Assembly (NCBI GenBank): GCA_020536535.1
Contig: JAHLWZ010000733.1
Coordinates: forward strand, 101,491 to 165,490
DNA length: 64,000 nt
Direction: 5' to 3'
DNA from: Pelomyxa schiedti
Lineage: Eukaryota > Protista > Evosea
Position numbers and translations under genes: made by a program. The notes beneath the pieces were generated by a model that had not been told where the DNA came from, made no database searches, and worked only from the letters and a program-made list of their open reading frames with translations. Positions 1 to 12,821 of this stretch are shown here, piece after piece; positions within the stretch are counted from its first letter, which is position 1, and every line of letters starts with the position of its first letter.

Positions 1-481
1 CCTCTTCTTCTTCCTCCTCTTCAACAGCTGCAGTTTTCTTTGTTTGCTTTTTTTTTGGTTTTTCTTCTACCTCAACTTTCATTTCAGGCATCTGTTTGGC
101 TCCTTTTTAAAATAATAAGGGCAGGTTAACAAGAGTGCCGACACACCCATTCTATATATTTTTTCGATTTCAGTGAGACCTTCCAGCGACTTCTTTTTTG
201 GTTTCTTGACCTTCAGTGCCTTCTGAGCCTTCTCTTTGGTAATTTTCTTAACATAGTTTGTAGCCTCCTGCTTCAACAGGTGCTCCACAGTCTGTTGGCA
301 GTTCCGCCATCGTCACAAAATGGAAAAACGTCAGATCCGAACATACATCGGCGTTGGGATCTGGGTTGTACTTCTCCGCCACTGCTTTCTTGATCTCTCT
401 TTCTCTCTTCTTTGCGACACGTCGCACTTTGGCTCGTTCTTCCTTCGCTGACGGCACCAAAGACCAGTCCTCGTCACTCAT
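1..481 (-). CDS. Lys/Glu-rich hypothetical protein, 5' part (runs off window start)
   Basis: ATG at 481. Manual splicing via GT-AG introns (gccgat|gtatgt...caacag; atgg|gtgtgt...aaaaag) gives MSDEDWSLVPSAKEERAKV...PNADTVEHLLKQEATNYVKK...GAKQMPEMKVEVEEKPKKK...EEEEE, open to position 1. Family not recognised. Confidence 0.6.
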
Positions 482-607
482 TTTGTTTATTTTTTGTTGT
501 TTTTTTTTCCAGTTCGGTGTCGAAACTGGGTCAAATTTGTGGCACCTGTCAAATCGTTAATCGGATCTCAGACGAAAAACAAAAAAACCAGAAAGTAAGG
601 ACACGCG

Positions 608-1862
608 ATGCCGCTGGTTACGTTACACTGGGATGAAGTGCCCATGAGCCATTTCATTTATGAATGTCTGTGGGCACTTGCGTTTGTTGTTGTGGTGCTA
701 TTCGCTCGCAGCCGAGGGGAGATTACGCGGTTTTTTGGCGGAATGATCTACGGCTTCGTCACCGAGATGGTGGTTTATGTCGGCCTCGAGGCCGCTCAAT
801 TTCAAGGCGTTGGTCGCGCTTACGATCACGGTAATTCTGGCTCACGTTTCTAGTTCATGCTTTTTAACTTTGTGTGCAGGCTTGTTTACTGTAATGCTTT
901 TTGGGATTTCTCCCTTGTACATGGTACTGGTGTTAGATCAATTTTTTGTTTGTTCATTTCTTCACAGGATCTTTTCTGGTGGCCGGTTGTAATTTATGTT
1001 GTTGAATACTGTGCTCGTTGTACCTACAGAACAAGTACTATGTTTGATCGCTTTAACCACTAAAACACACCCTACAGAAACACTAATGTCTCGGCTACTC
1101 ATTGCCACAACAGTGGCCGTTTTTGCCGACTTTGCTATAGAACCTGTTGCTGTTACATACGGTATTTTTTCCCCCTATGCCCCAAAAATAAAAAAAAAGC
1201 AACCTGCTAACCACAGGACTGTGGGTTTATCGCACTGGTCAAATGCAGTGGCAAAGTTGGGTTGGAGCACCCTATGCGAACAACATCGCCTGGTGTGCAG
1301 ACTACTCTTCATCCAAGTATTTACTCTCTGCAGGTTCGGAATTCAAGGAGGGTTTGTATTTGGCTGCTACTGTAGTGATGTAGTCCGGGGTCTCACACGA
1401 AACTCCTGGATTATAATTTCTGATATCTCCACATTCGTTACACAAGTTCTAGCCAGCTGGATTGGGATGGGTCTATGGTGCCTATTGATGACGGCTTTCC
1501 GATCGCCATATGGAATTATCAGATTCATAAGTGATCAAGTGCAACTGGGGGTACTGATGTTTGGTGTGCTGGTTTACACTATGTGGTATACCTTCGTTGT
1601 GTGTGCCAAGATGGAGCCCAAAGTCCCCCAAACACAACTGGGGTCACAAGCCATCAAATCCAGGTTCCCGGCCGTTCTCATGGTGCTCTGGCAGGCCTCA
1701 TCTTTTGCCTTCAAGCTTGTCTACTGCAAAACCAACAGTGGCTCTGAGCTGTGCACAGAGAACTCCACCCTTGTACTTGGCTGTTGTGCGGGCTTCTCTG
1801 TCCTTCTCACCTTCCTGCCATCCTACTGTATGGGCGCCCTCTATAAGCCCAAACACCACTAA
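608..1862 (+). CDS. Multi-pass membrane protein, CruF/DUF422 (carotenoid 1,2-hydratase-like) family
   Basis: Spliced product contains GFVTEMVV...RAYDHG...FGISPLYMDLFWW and ADFAIEPVAVTYGLWVY...GAPYANNIAW. These match the DUF422 pattern E..G..Y..gvPl..W / D..(D/E)P.a...G.W.W...GvP..N..(G/A)W. Several hydrophobic helices. Confidence 0.65.
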
Positions 1863-2013
1863 AGCCCAACCAAAACAACAATAAAAGTAAATAAAAACCT
1901 CAAAGCGTTAATGCTACTGTTCAGAACTAATTCTTGTTGGCCGAAAACTCAGCCCAGCTTTCGTAGACGATTCAGAACATCACCTCTTAATAGGGAAGGA
2001 ATACCAAAACAGT

Positions 2014-4314
2014 ATGACCGATCCCAGCACCGCGTCCGTGCCTCCCCCCGTACCGCCACGCGACACGCCCTCGGCTGATACACCAGCCTCTGACGCGCCG
2101 AAGGATTTGGGCGCGACAACAAGCTACGAAGCAGCGGCGGGCGATTATGGGACCGGAGGAGGGGGGTGTCGCACGCCAACGCCGCCTGTGGACGAGCCCC
2201 CTGAGGTACCCAGCCTCAACCCGTTCGACGTCGGCGACGACGCCGCGGACGACGACGACGGGCCGGTGCAGCGGGAGCAGAGCCCGATTGTGGGAGCAGG
2301 GTCCGTCAATGGCGAGCCAGACGCGGATTCTTCGCCGTCGTCGACGAGACCCACAAGTACGGCGAGCGTCCCTTCGCCGGAAGCCGAGAAAGATCCCAGC
2401 AGCCCGAATGGAACCAGGAGAGGGAATCCGGCGAACCCATTCGTGAGCAGCCCGACGCCGGCCCTTGTGACCGAAGTCTGTGGCGAGACGGCCTCGTCGT
2501 CGTCGCCGCCAATGAGGGACGTGGCGCCAGCTTGGGTGTTCCGGGGTTCGATCCCCACCACCGGCGATGTATATTTCGCCAGCCTGAACATGGGCCGTTC
2601 CAAGGTCCCTGACGAGACCACGAGGGCAATTTTGGAGAGGCTGACACTGTCTAGGCGTGCCATTTGTGAATCTGTGAGAGGCGGCTGCTTTGAAGCTGCA
2701 ATCAATGTAATTGTGTATTGCATCTGACACCATTTCACCCCCTTATGGCACCTCGTGCAAAACTCTGTGTGTGTATCCACTTATGCAACTTGTAGGCCAT
2801 TGATGAATATCTTCCAATGCTCAAAGGATTGGTTCGTTTCATTTTATTTCCCCCCCACCGTTTACCAAAACTCCGCGCGTTTAGATATCTGCTAGTGCGT
2901 CACTGCCAGTCGACATATGCAAAAAACTGGGTAACATTGCTTTCTCTTTTTACGTTGTGATTTCTGTACCTAAACAACCCAAAAAGATTTTAAGTGGTAC
3001 ACACCATTTACAACACAATATTGTCGTGACCCTTTGACGATACCAACCTTGGAATATGAACTGTTCTTTATCTTATTGGTGATAACTATTTCAAATTTCC
3101 TTGAGTGCAACCACCTTAATGATCTCTTTAGATGTATGGATTTCTTCATCGTGTGGCTGCAAAGGAAATATTACAAAGCTACAAAGATAACAAAATTGCG
3201 GCCGACAACCCCAAGTTTAGAGGAATAACAGAATACCTACAAAAAGCTATTGGGGTAGAAACACATTTACCCTTGCCATTCTCTCATGGTTTTAGTAGAT
3301 TTTCCACTTTTTGGAAACCCTACCACTCTATACAGAGCCGGAAAAACCTAAAATGCCTATTTTAATTGAATTGCACCCAGAAATGCCAAAACTCCTTGCC
3401 TAGTATCGCACCCAACTAAGATTGATTGCCTCTTATACCACCCAGTATGTGTATAATGGAAGCAAATGGTATTCTCGTAATGCCCGCCCTGCAGCAAAAA
3501 ATCAATACTGAGGTCTTTTATCTATAGTAAAAATAATTTCTGATGTACCTTTAGGATGTAGCCCAGCAATGTCTCCAAATCTCGGAAATGGTACGCACAC
3601 TTCCTTGGTCTCTTGTCAATCATTTCTTAACTGACTTAGTAAGGCTTCGTATTGCTTCTCTTCAGTGTGCAGAATAACGCAGAAAGAATCAAACAGCAGA
3701 CTGAGTATTTTAAAAAGGTTCACCTTTCCAGTATCATAAACAAGTATAGATTTATGTCTTTCCATCTAGTTATTTCCTTCTTATGAAATACATGTACCAA
3801 GGGCAGGCCTTAATATTTAGAGGACAAAACGCATGGGATCACAGGTAATCCTACTTCGTTACAACACATTCTTACTTTACAAAAGGAATTATAACTTAGC
3901 ATTGACATACCTTCAAGTATACTGGACTTTTCTCCTTCTTTCCCTGACCCATAATACCACAAACAACAACAAGGCCGCACTTCCCCGCCAGATTCATGAC
4001 AAAGCCTTGAAGGTACCGTTTTAGTTCAGGATCAAATAACTCACCCTTTAGAGTCATAAAAATCGAGACTGCATGCCCGAAGTCCTAAATGAAGCAGCTG
4101 GTTTCATGAATTTTGTGAAAGACCTCTACAGAAAGTGCCCCATTTCCCCTCCCCTAATCCCTTCAATTGAAAAAAACACCCACACAAAAGGTACACCTTA
4201 GAGCACAAGTCAACAGAATTCCCCGAGACACCAGTCCAACCAACAACCTACGCCGATCCCAAGGCCAACAATCTCCAACTATCCTTCAAAGAGGATTCCT
4301 GTTCCCTGTGCTGA
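2014..4314 (+). CDS. BROX: BRO1-domain protein (BROX-like) with Pro/Ser/Thr-rich N-terminus and C-terminal CaaX-like motif
   Basis: AILERLTLSRRAI...AAIN/AIDEYLPMLKGL and LEYELFFILL resemble BRO1/BROX helices. The last exon reads ...KEDSCSLC* (stop 4312-4314), a CaaX-like end as in BROX. Confidence 0.7.
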
Positions 4315-4456
4315 GCCTTACCACTCCCACAACTGTGTTTTTACCGTAGACAAAGCCAACTTTTTTTTTGCCTCTTCAATCGTCGTTGATCAACCCCACG
4401 AAAGAACAAACACCGAAACAGGAAAAGTGAGTAGACAATAAACAGGTATCAAGGAG

Positions 4457-5650
4457 ATGAGCGGAGGACAAAGGAGACAAGCGATTGGAGCGGGACGGTG
4501 GTTCCCTGCAGCGGAATCGCAACTCAGATCCGCGGTGGATAGGTACTTGGCGGCCGCGTCACCGATCTCCGAACAAGTACTCGCTACTCCGGTCTTGGGA
4601 GTGGTCTCTCCTCATGCGGGTGTGTGTTGGTGCAGTGTTTTATGTGGAGATCTTTCACGATGGTTTTGTGTTTTGTTGTTTCTTTTTGTTTGTCTGTTTG
4701 TTTTCTTGCTTTTTTAAATTGTATGTTTTTTCTTTCATTTTAACAAACAATGGGAACAATGTAGGTTATGAGTACTCTGGAAAAGTTTCTGGATATAGTT
4801 TCAGGGCGCTTAGGGAGTCGGCTGTTCGCCATGGGGAACCTAACTATGTTGTCATTGTGGGGTGAGCTGTAGGCTTCCATTTATATTAATATTTATGTTT
4901 GCTTTATGGAGCAAGCTCGCTTAACTCTTTTTTTTTTTCCCTCAGGTTTAGTCATAGTGGTTCTTTTCCCGGTGCAGCAATAATGCCTGGTACCGAGTTC
5001 GTCTCTCCGATTGGAACATCTCCACTTGCCAATGATGTTGCAGAAAAAATGTGCTTGAACAGGCCCAAGTAAGTTGTTGAAGAGTGTGTTTATCCACCCG
5101 TCTCACTTCTTGCAGGTTGAAAATGAATTACGGTCCGCACCACGGTGAGCACAGTGCAGAAAACCAAATACCGTTTGTTCAAGCCATATTCCCACATGTT
5201 TTTTTTCCCCCTCTCTTCAATACCTTCTCACCTCTTGTTCTCCCCCAGGCCAGACTTGTAGTTGTCCTTCTTGGTGATCACGCAGCCGCAACCATCAACC
5301 AACTTGTCGACGCTCTCGTGGAACTTCGCACCACAAGCTTTGGAGGACCCTTTGTTGTTGTATCCAGCAGTGACATGCTCCACGATGCAGACTATGACAA
5401 AGTTGTGTCCACAGACCACCACACACTGGAGCTAGTGACCCGCCTGGACGACGCGGCCCTCGCTTCCACCTGGAACTACAGCCACCAAATACTGTGCGGA
5501 ATTGGGCCGGTCTTGGTGCTAGTCAAGTTCGCAAAGGCCTGTGGACCATCCATGAGGGCACACACTCTGCACTACAGGAACTGTGGGGATGACTTCCCCG
5601 AATCCAAGGGGGACTGGGTTGTTGGTTATGGTGCTGTGGCTTTCTCCTGA
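4457..5650 (+). CDS. MEMO1: MEMO1-family / AmmeMemoRadiSam protein B
   Basis: Spliced motifs RQAIGAGRWFP, SPHAGYEYSG, VIVGFSH, GEHSAENQIPFVQ, SSDMLH, LCGIGPV, YRNCGD...VVGYGAVAF*. Confidence 0.9.
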
Positions 5651-5850
5651 TTCATTTCCTTTTGTTGGTTGAGACAGCAGTTGAGATTGAGGGTTTCCCT
5701 CTCGACCAAACACCTTTATCTAACTAAAGCAATAAAAACAAACCTATTTGCCCCCTTCAACGCTAGGTTGTCAAAAAAAAAAAGTTCTTTGTTTGAAATG
5801 GCCAAAAGATCTTCGTTTTTCATTTTTTTCTCCAAACAGTAGTCGCTGTG

Positions 5851-8800
5851 ATGTCGTCGTCGTCGTCGGATCCGTGGTCGGACTTTCGAGGGTGTGGACT
5901 CAGCCCCCTTTTTTCTAAGTGCTGTTTTTTGTTGCTGTCGCGTGCACTGCCACATCTTCCCTTTTTGTTTTTTTTGGTTGTTTTTTCCCCCCGCGGTTTA
6001 TTTTCCCCTTTTGTGTGCTAATTGGTTGTTGTGTGCGGCACTGCTCACTCGATGGATTAAGAAATTTATTTGGACCTGGGGGTTCCCCGCCGCCTGGGTT
6101 TCCGCCAATCCCTGCATCATCGTCAAACACAGGCGTTCACAACAGAATCAACACTCTGGCGTTTTTGTATGCTAAGGAGTGCAAGTCCAGTTTCGACTCG
6201 TTGAGGAAGAGTGTGCAGGTACCTGACTTTGGAATGGCAGGGTGGCCTCCTAAATGCTTATTGATGTGCAGGTTCTCACTGCTACTAAAAGAGAGCTCGT
6301 GCATTACAATGCTAAGAAAGAAGGCAAACCAGTCAGGTTTCCAACACCTTCCTTGTAGTCGTTTCCCAACACATTTAGTGACGCTGATTCCACATCTGTT
6401 CGTGGGAGTGGTCGCTGTTTTGGTTGTTCAAACACTTTTGTTGGTCTCTCCCTCCGTCTACTGGAAGCCATGGCAAAGAATGAGCAAAGCAGAAAAAGTC
6501 TGGTGGATCAAGGAATGTTGCAATTGTTAATGCAGAACAATGTGAGAAATGGAAGTGAAGCAAGCCGTAAAGCAGCTAGACGGCTCATTTGTGTTCTGAT
6601 CAATGGGTGCAATACTGCAACTTCCCAGCTTGTTAGCATGATTAAAGAGAGGCTTTGTTTTGCACTTGATAATTACACGTATGAACAAGATAAAAACATC
6701 ACTACTCCTCTAACTTCCCCAGGACTATGGACCCTGGATTTCTAGTGAGAAACGAAATGGCACTTCTTTATGACGTGTGCAAGTCGTCTGAGGGTCAGTG
6801 CTGGGAACAGTGTTTTAGACTCGTGTTTGAAATGCTGTTAATGAGGTATAAAACTCCTACTGTTTCCTAATTTATTTATTTCTTTCCTGCAGCACCGAAA
6901 GAGGGTCAACTTCCCCTCTTGTTTGTGAGCATATCATATTGCCATGCCTTCATATTCTCACTGAGACATTGGGGGTATTTTCCTAGAAGAAAATCAAGTC
7001 ACTAACTTAAAACTAGGCAAAAGAGCCAACTGCTGATGAAAAAAAGTCGAAGCCAACTTCAACTTCAACTTCAACTTCAACTTCAGCTTCAGCTTCAACT
7101 TCAACTTCTACCCCCCCATCCAACAAACTTGCCCACTTGCGACCAACACCAACTGAACCAGTGGATATGGTAGTTGATTCAACACCACAGCCCTCCCAAC
7201 CCCAGCAGCCCCAGACACCTGAACCATCAGCAACTGTCCTCCCTGTTTTCCAAGGTTCCTCAGTCTCTCTTACTGATTGGACTTCCAAAAAAACTTCCTA
7301 TGATGCCTGGCTCCACTCATTGCAGCAGTGGTCACAAGCACATGCTCAAACCAAGACACTGACAAAAGAAGAGGTACAGTTTTTTTTCCTTCTAGAGTGT
7401 ATCAATACTTTTCCTAGGCACGAGAGTTCTATATCATGGAGAAGTATTACAGTAAATGGACTAACTACATTCTACACAAACGCACGCACCCAATGTCTCC
7501 TCTGGAAGAGCTACAAACAGAAGGCTCATGGATACAAAAGTTGCTTCTCTGCCCTTGCTCAGACCAGATCAGGCTTCAAGCTGCAGCCCTGGTTCGTATT
7601 TTGTACCAGCACCCAGTTAGGTGAGAACTATTATCGGGTGGTAAATGAATAAAAAAGTAAGTTGACAATGAAGACTAGAGCCCTTAAATTTTTGGATATG
7701 TTTACACGATTGCTTCCTTCAGCAATAGCAATGGGAGAAGCCTCGTCTCAATTTTTCGTCTTATTTAATGGTGAAGCTTTCTTTCTTTGGGATTAAATAC
7801 TCATTCCTCTTCAAGCTTTGCTTGAGCCCTGGGAGCACCGTGTTTATTTTGTTGTAAAAAAGTATTATCCCTCCAATTTACTTACCTAAATAAACTGTTT
7901 AATTGGCTGAAGGAACCTACCTTACCTTGTGGGCCTTATATTGGCTGAGATTGAACGCATTCATAAATTAGAGGCAGAAATCTCCACAGATATCACACAA
8001 GGAACAATTTGTCACACACTTGTTTCCATACTGTCTCGTATTTTGGAGGAACCAGTATTACACAAGAAGTTCAAATCAATGGGCTTCGTCCATCAAGTAA
8101 GAATCACAACCTATTTCTGCTGTTCTGAAGCCTAACAGCTTCTGGATGGATTCCTGATGCTGAGGGGTTTGATTGTTCAAAAAACCAAGCTCACTGATGA
8201 TAGCAGTGCATGTTTGATGAAAATTCTCCTGTCAATGAATCAGTCCGAGGAAGAACAAAGAGAATTCATGCATGCCTGTGTGAAGGTTTTTCAGAACACA
8301 CTTTGTACTTTACTAAAAGGCTCCAAGGGACTAGATAAGTACAAAGACTGGCGTATTGTGTTGTTTATCTATGAGCAACTTGGCAAAATAATATGTCCTG
8401 AGAAACCAGAGGTTGAATTCCAGCTAGACTTGAAGAAGGCATCATCACAAGATGAATTCATCCGTGGATCCATGACAAAGAATCCCTATTCCTCCAAGGA
8501 GGTGAGCCTGAAACAATAAAACTGGGGTGAATTATAATACCGTTTTGTAGGTTGGTCCTCTCATGAGAGATGTGAAGAACAAAATTTGTACGACACTGGA
8601 TCTGAGAGGTAATCTCGTTTTGAACTATTTTTGAGTTATCATATTGTAATGTACATAAATAGGCCTCATTGATGACGACTTGGGCATGGAGTTACTGGTC
8701 TGCAATAAGATAATCAAACTTGATTTGCCCATAAAGTAGAAAGTGAGAGGTTTATCCTGGATGACCTTTTCTTAGAGCTATTTATGAACAAGTCTGGCTT

Positions 8801-11800
8801 CCATCTGTTCCGGAGGGCAAGAAAAAAGATGTCATGCAAGTAATTTACCGATTACAGGGTCTTGATGGAGAGGTAAACACTGAAATAGTATTTCCTCATA
8901 ACCATTTTATCTTTCAAAGGCAACAGAAGCAATTGTGGACACCATTCGTACAGATTCTGGAGAACAAAAGAATCCGGAGGTACTTTCCTCTCCTCTCCAA
9001 TGTTTCATTAATTTCGTTTCAAGGAGGAATTCCGCATAACTGCAGTTATGGCTCAGTGCGGGGGTCTTAATGCAATGCTCCGAACAATTCAACGTGCTCC
9101 AGAGCTTGAACAAATAGACCTCCTTCAGCTTGTTCTCAAATTGCTTAGGCTTGCTCTTTATCTTCAAGTTCGCCTCCTTTAACATGTTTTGATTCTTCCA
9201 AGCTTAAACTCTTTAAGGTGAACAGACAAAATTTTGTGCTGCTTGATGGACCCTATATTATTGCGGAGAAACTGAAGCGGGTCCTGTCACTCAATTCTGG
9301 TGCAATTCTCCATTCTTTTGCTAACGTTTCTCACAATTGCTTCTGCAGATGCTCTCAACAATATAGCTATTGCCCTATCGGCTATTATTGAAGCTGTTGG
9401 GGAAACAATTGATCTACCAATCTCCGGCCCATTGCCTCCATCTATCACTACTCCTTCATCACCAATTCCCCCGCACTTACCCGTGGAGAGTAAGGTGTCC
9501 ACACCCATACAGGAGCCAGTTGCAACCTCGTCTGTCTCCCTTTCTTCCACCTCCGCCTCCGCCACACCCGCCCTCTCCCCAACACCAACATCCACACCCA
9601 CACCAACCACTTCCACTTCTGCCTCCACCTCCACGCCCACACAGCTTCCTGAGATGGATGTCGACACTGTTGGCATGGCAGACAAACAACAAGCACGACT
9701 GGTTCAACTTGAGGGTCTTTTAGCCCTCCTCACACAGTGCATGCAACTCCGGAAGAATTCTGCTTTGTTGGAGGTAACTTGATTAAGTGATTTCCTCTTC
9801 CATCTGTTCACCTTCTGCTAGAGTGTCTTGAAAGTTTTCCCACTTCTTACATACAATAACCCTACACTGATGGACAGAATCATTGCCTTCTTTGGTGCTT
9901 ATACAGACTTCGATGCTTACAATGCACAGTTGTCTAAATTTACTTTTAACTAGCACTTATTACTCCCAGAGAAGCCAGTGATGGAGATAAAGTGACATTT
10001 GGCCTGAACTGTTTCATTTCCATGGTGTCTTCTATTAATATGAAGACACAATCTGGCCCACATCTCAAGTCTCGCTTTATTGAAAAGTCCGTTACAGCTT
10101 TCTTTGTAAACTATATTCGCAGTCACTTCCCAGCGGATAAGGACAAGAGCTCACCTGTATGTCCTACAAAATAAAAATAAAAAACCGTCACCATGGACAG
10201 GAATGGACACGAAGTCTTTCTGAACGCTCACTTCCCGTTGTCTTACAAATTCTTTCTGGCCTTGCCAAACAGCACCCTCCAACCCAAGTAGCCCACGCCA
10301 TATATCAACCGAGACTAATGCAACCTATTATAGGAAATGCATGCAGACATTTTACCTGTTATTCACACACTGGTAAGAGCTGTCTTCCTTCTCTCCAACA
10401 AAGATCAACACTCAATTCCTTTTCAAGGAACAAGTCAAGATCGAAGAGGTTAAAAAGGTCGGTCTTCTTGCTGCAAATCTCCTGGACACCCTGGTAAATG
10501 ATGTAAAATCTAAAATGCCTAATTAATCTCTTTCTTCACTCCCAGAAAGACAATCCTGTCATTACTAAAGCTGTTGAAAGTATCCGAATAGCTGCCCGCA
10601 AGGAAAAGATGAAACTAGCTGAGCAAAGAAGACAACAAATTCTGAAAGAAATGAAGCTTGAAGCTCACGGTTCGAAAATTGTTGCTGCTGGGATGCCAAG
10701 TGTGTTTTTGCATTTCAATTAACTTTTTCTTACGTCCCACTTTTCCTTTCATCATCAAAGGTTCTGTGGAAGAGCTTGGTGAAGAAGATAGACTCCGCTG
10801 TACAGTATATTTGCCCTAAATAATTTCCTCTACACATAAAAAATTTTTCTAGGTATGCAAAGAAGGTTTCACATATAAACCTCAAGAAGTCCTGGGTTTC
10901 TATGTTTTTTGCAAACCTACTCCAATGGCAAGTATCATTCAGAAGGGATTGACGCCAAACCGCGCTGATGCAGGTGTATCGACAGCCACTCACTTCAACT
11001 TGATACATTTCACGTACACAAAATCGAGTCTTTCAAGTTTTCTCTGATAAATTGAAGATGCCACGAACACTCAACAAGAGCTGAAAGAAAGAAAAAAGCA
11101 CCAAAGGAAGAATGGGAAGGGGCAGCTTTGCGGAATCAATTCAACAAGTGCAATAACATATTCCCTGTACTGTTCTTTCTTTTCTACAGTAGATGTTTAT
11201 AGTGCACAGATAATGGGACCTAGTACCACAGACGACGGTTACACAGCTTGTGCAGAAAGGTTGAGGGATACACAAATACACGTCATCCTTATACATGAAA
11301 AGGTTTTGGAATGGCTTATCCTTGAAACGGTCTGAACAGCGGTTGCGGGTTCTTATTCACGATATGCGTATGCTCATTACCCGGGTTATCAACAAAAATG
11401 TATGTTGCAATTTTGTAGGTGTATACCAATAATACAAAAACAAGCAATCCGATCCCACGTCGGGAGGCCGTGAAGCCAATACCATAGCTTTGCCGTTCAT
11501 GTTTCAAATGGCGAACTTCTTATTAGAAAAAGAGCCAGGCTATCTGTGTGCTCTCTTAAGCTCTGATAGCGTCTTTTCTAAACAAAACATAGGAAATCGT
11601 TTCAGGCGTCCCTCTCTTCCTTTGTATCACAATCACGAGATTTGTGGGACTCCAACAATTCCCAATGTGAAAACGTTCTTTATTTCCTGGTCCTATCCTT
11701 GCCTCTAATGCCACTTGAAGAGTGGCAAACTGCTAAGGTACATCTCGGCTTTTTTCACATATTCTGACTCTTTAAACTAGATAACCTTCATCAAAAGAAT

Positions 11801-12758
11801 TTTATCTTATGCCCACTACGAAATGTCTGTTACTGAACCAGTCAAGCCAAAAACTGAACCGGAGCCCAGGCCCAAAACACCACCACCCCAAACATCTTCA
11901 GCCAGACCCAAGACCCCTCCTCCCGCTACCACTACTGCCACAGCTTCAGCTTCCTCAACAGACTCAGTCCCTCCGCCTACCTCACACCCAACCGAAATTC
12001 CACCTCCAGCCCCAATAGAAAAACCTGCACCAACTCCCGTCACATCAGCTGAGGCAGGCCCAACTGCAACAGCCACAACAGCGTCCGCAACACTCACCCC
12101 TGTTTCCAGTACTCCTGCCAAATCAACTGAACCAGTTGCCATTCCCCCACCCTCAGTATCACCCCCACCAACCAGCACAACAAACACAACCTCCTCTGTG
12201 GCTATTCCCCCACCACCAGACCCAGCAACATCCACAACTTCTACAACTGCATCAACTACCACTTCAGCTACTACTTCTACATCTTCAAGCACCCAACCAG
12301 ACGTGGCTATGGAAAATGCCACTACGGTCGGTGACAAGTCCTTTTCAGCGTGCCGGGCACACCTTATGTTTATGTGCTTTATTGATGCAGTTCACCGAGC
12401 TGTTAAGACCAAGTCTGGTCTTCCAGGATCAACTTTGCCTGATGTTGTCTACAGAAGAGATGACCCTTGGGTGGCCTATATGAAATCTGAACTAAGGTTG
12501 GGGACATTTTTACTGTTAAGTTTATGAAGTGACCACAAACCAGGAAGAAAACCATAACAGAGAAGATGCAGAAACTCCTCAAAGACTTTGATGACGAAGT
12601 AGCACCGTGTTCTGAGTTCATGGAGGTCTTTGACACCCTCGGTACTTCCCCGTACCCAATCAAATGTTTCTCCACTCACACCAACAACAGGAATCCTGGA
12701 ACAAGTGTTGCGGGAATCACCCGCTTTTGAAGAGTTTGTTTCTACTTATTTCCACTGA
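5851..12758 (+). CDS. UBR4: UBR4/BIG-like E3/E4 ubiquitin ligase, C-terminal module only (armadillo-like region, UBL-like segment, hemiRING)
   Basis: [84 protein letters not shown]...THFNLIHFTCH...EEWEGAALRN...KCNNIFP, and an end KLLKDFDDEVAPCSEFMEVFDTLGIL...YFH*. ATG 5851 joins in frame through intron 5892-6061. Confidence 0.9.
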
Positions 12759-12821
12759 TCGGGGAAAAAAAAGCCTTGTTCCCCCAAAGAAGTTCTTAAT
12801 TTCGGGTTACTAAAAAAATTC

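Noticed and set aside
1987-2780. Long antisense and alternate-frame ORFs over BROX exon 1 (similar ones at 16189-16748, 37101-38046, 54146-54628 and 58950-59462)
   Set aside because: Shadow ORFs expected from GC-rich, low-complexity coding sequence; no recognisable motifs.
11823-12337. Pro/Thr/Ser-rich stretch as a separate mucin-like gene (also 7013-7290 and 9450-9660)
   Set aside because: In frame with, and flanked by, conserved UBR4 motifs; these are low-complexity inserts.
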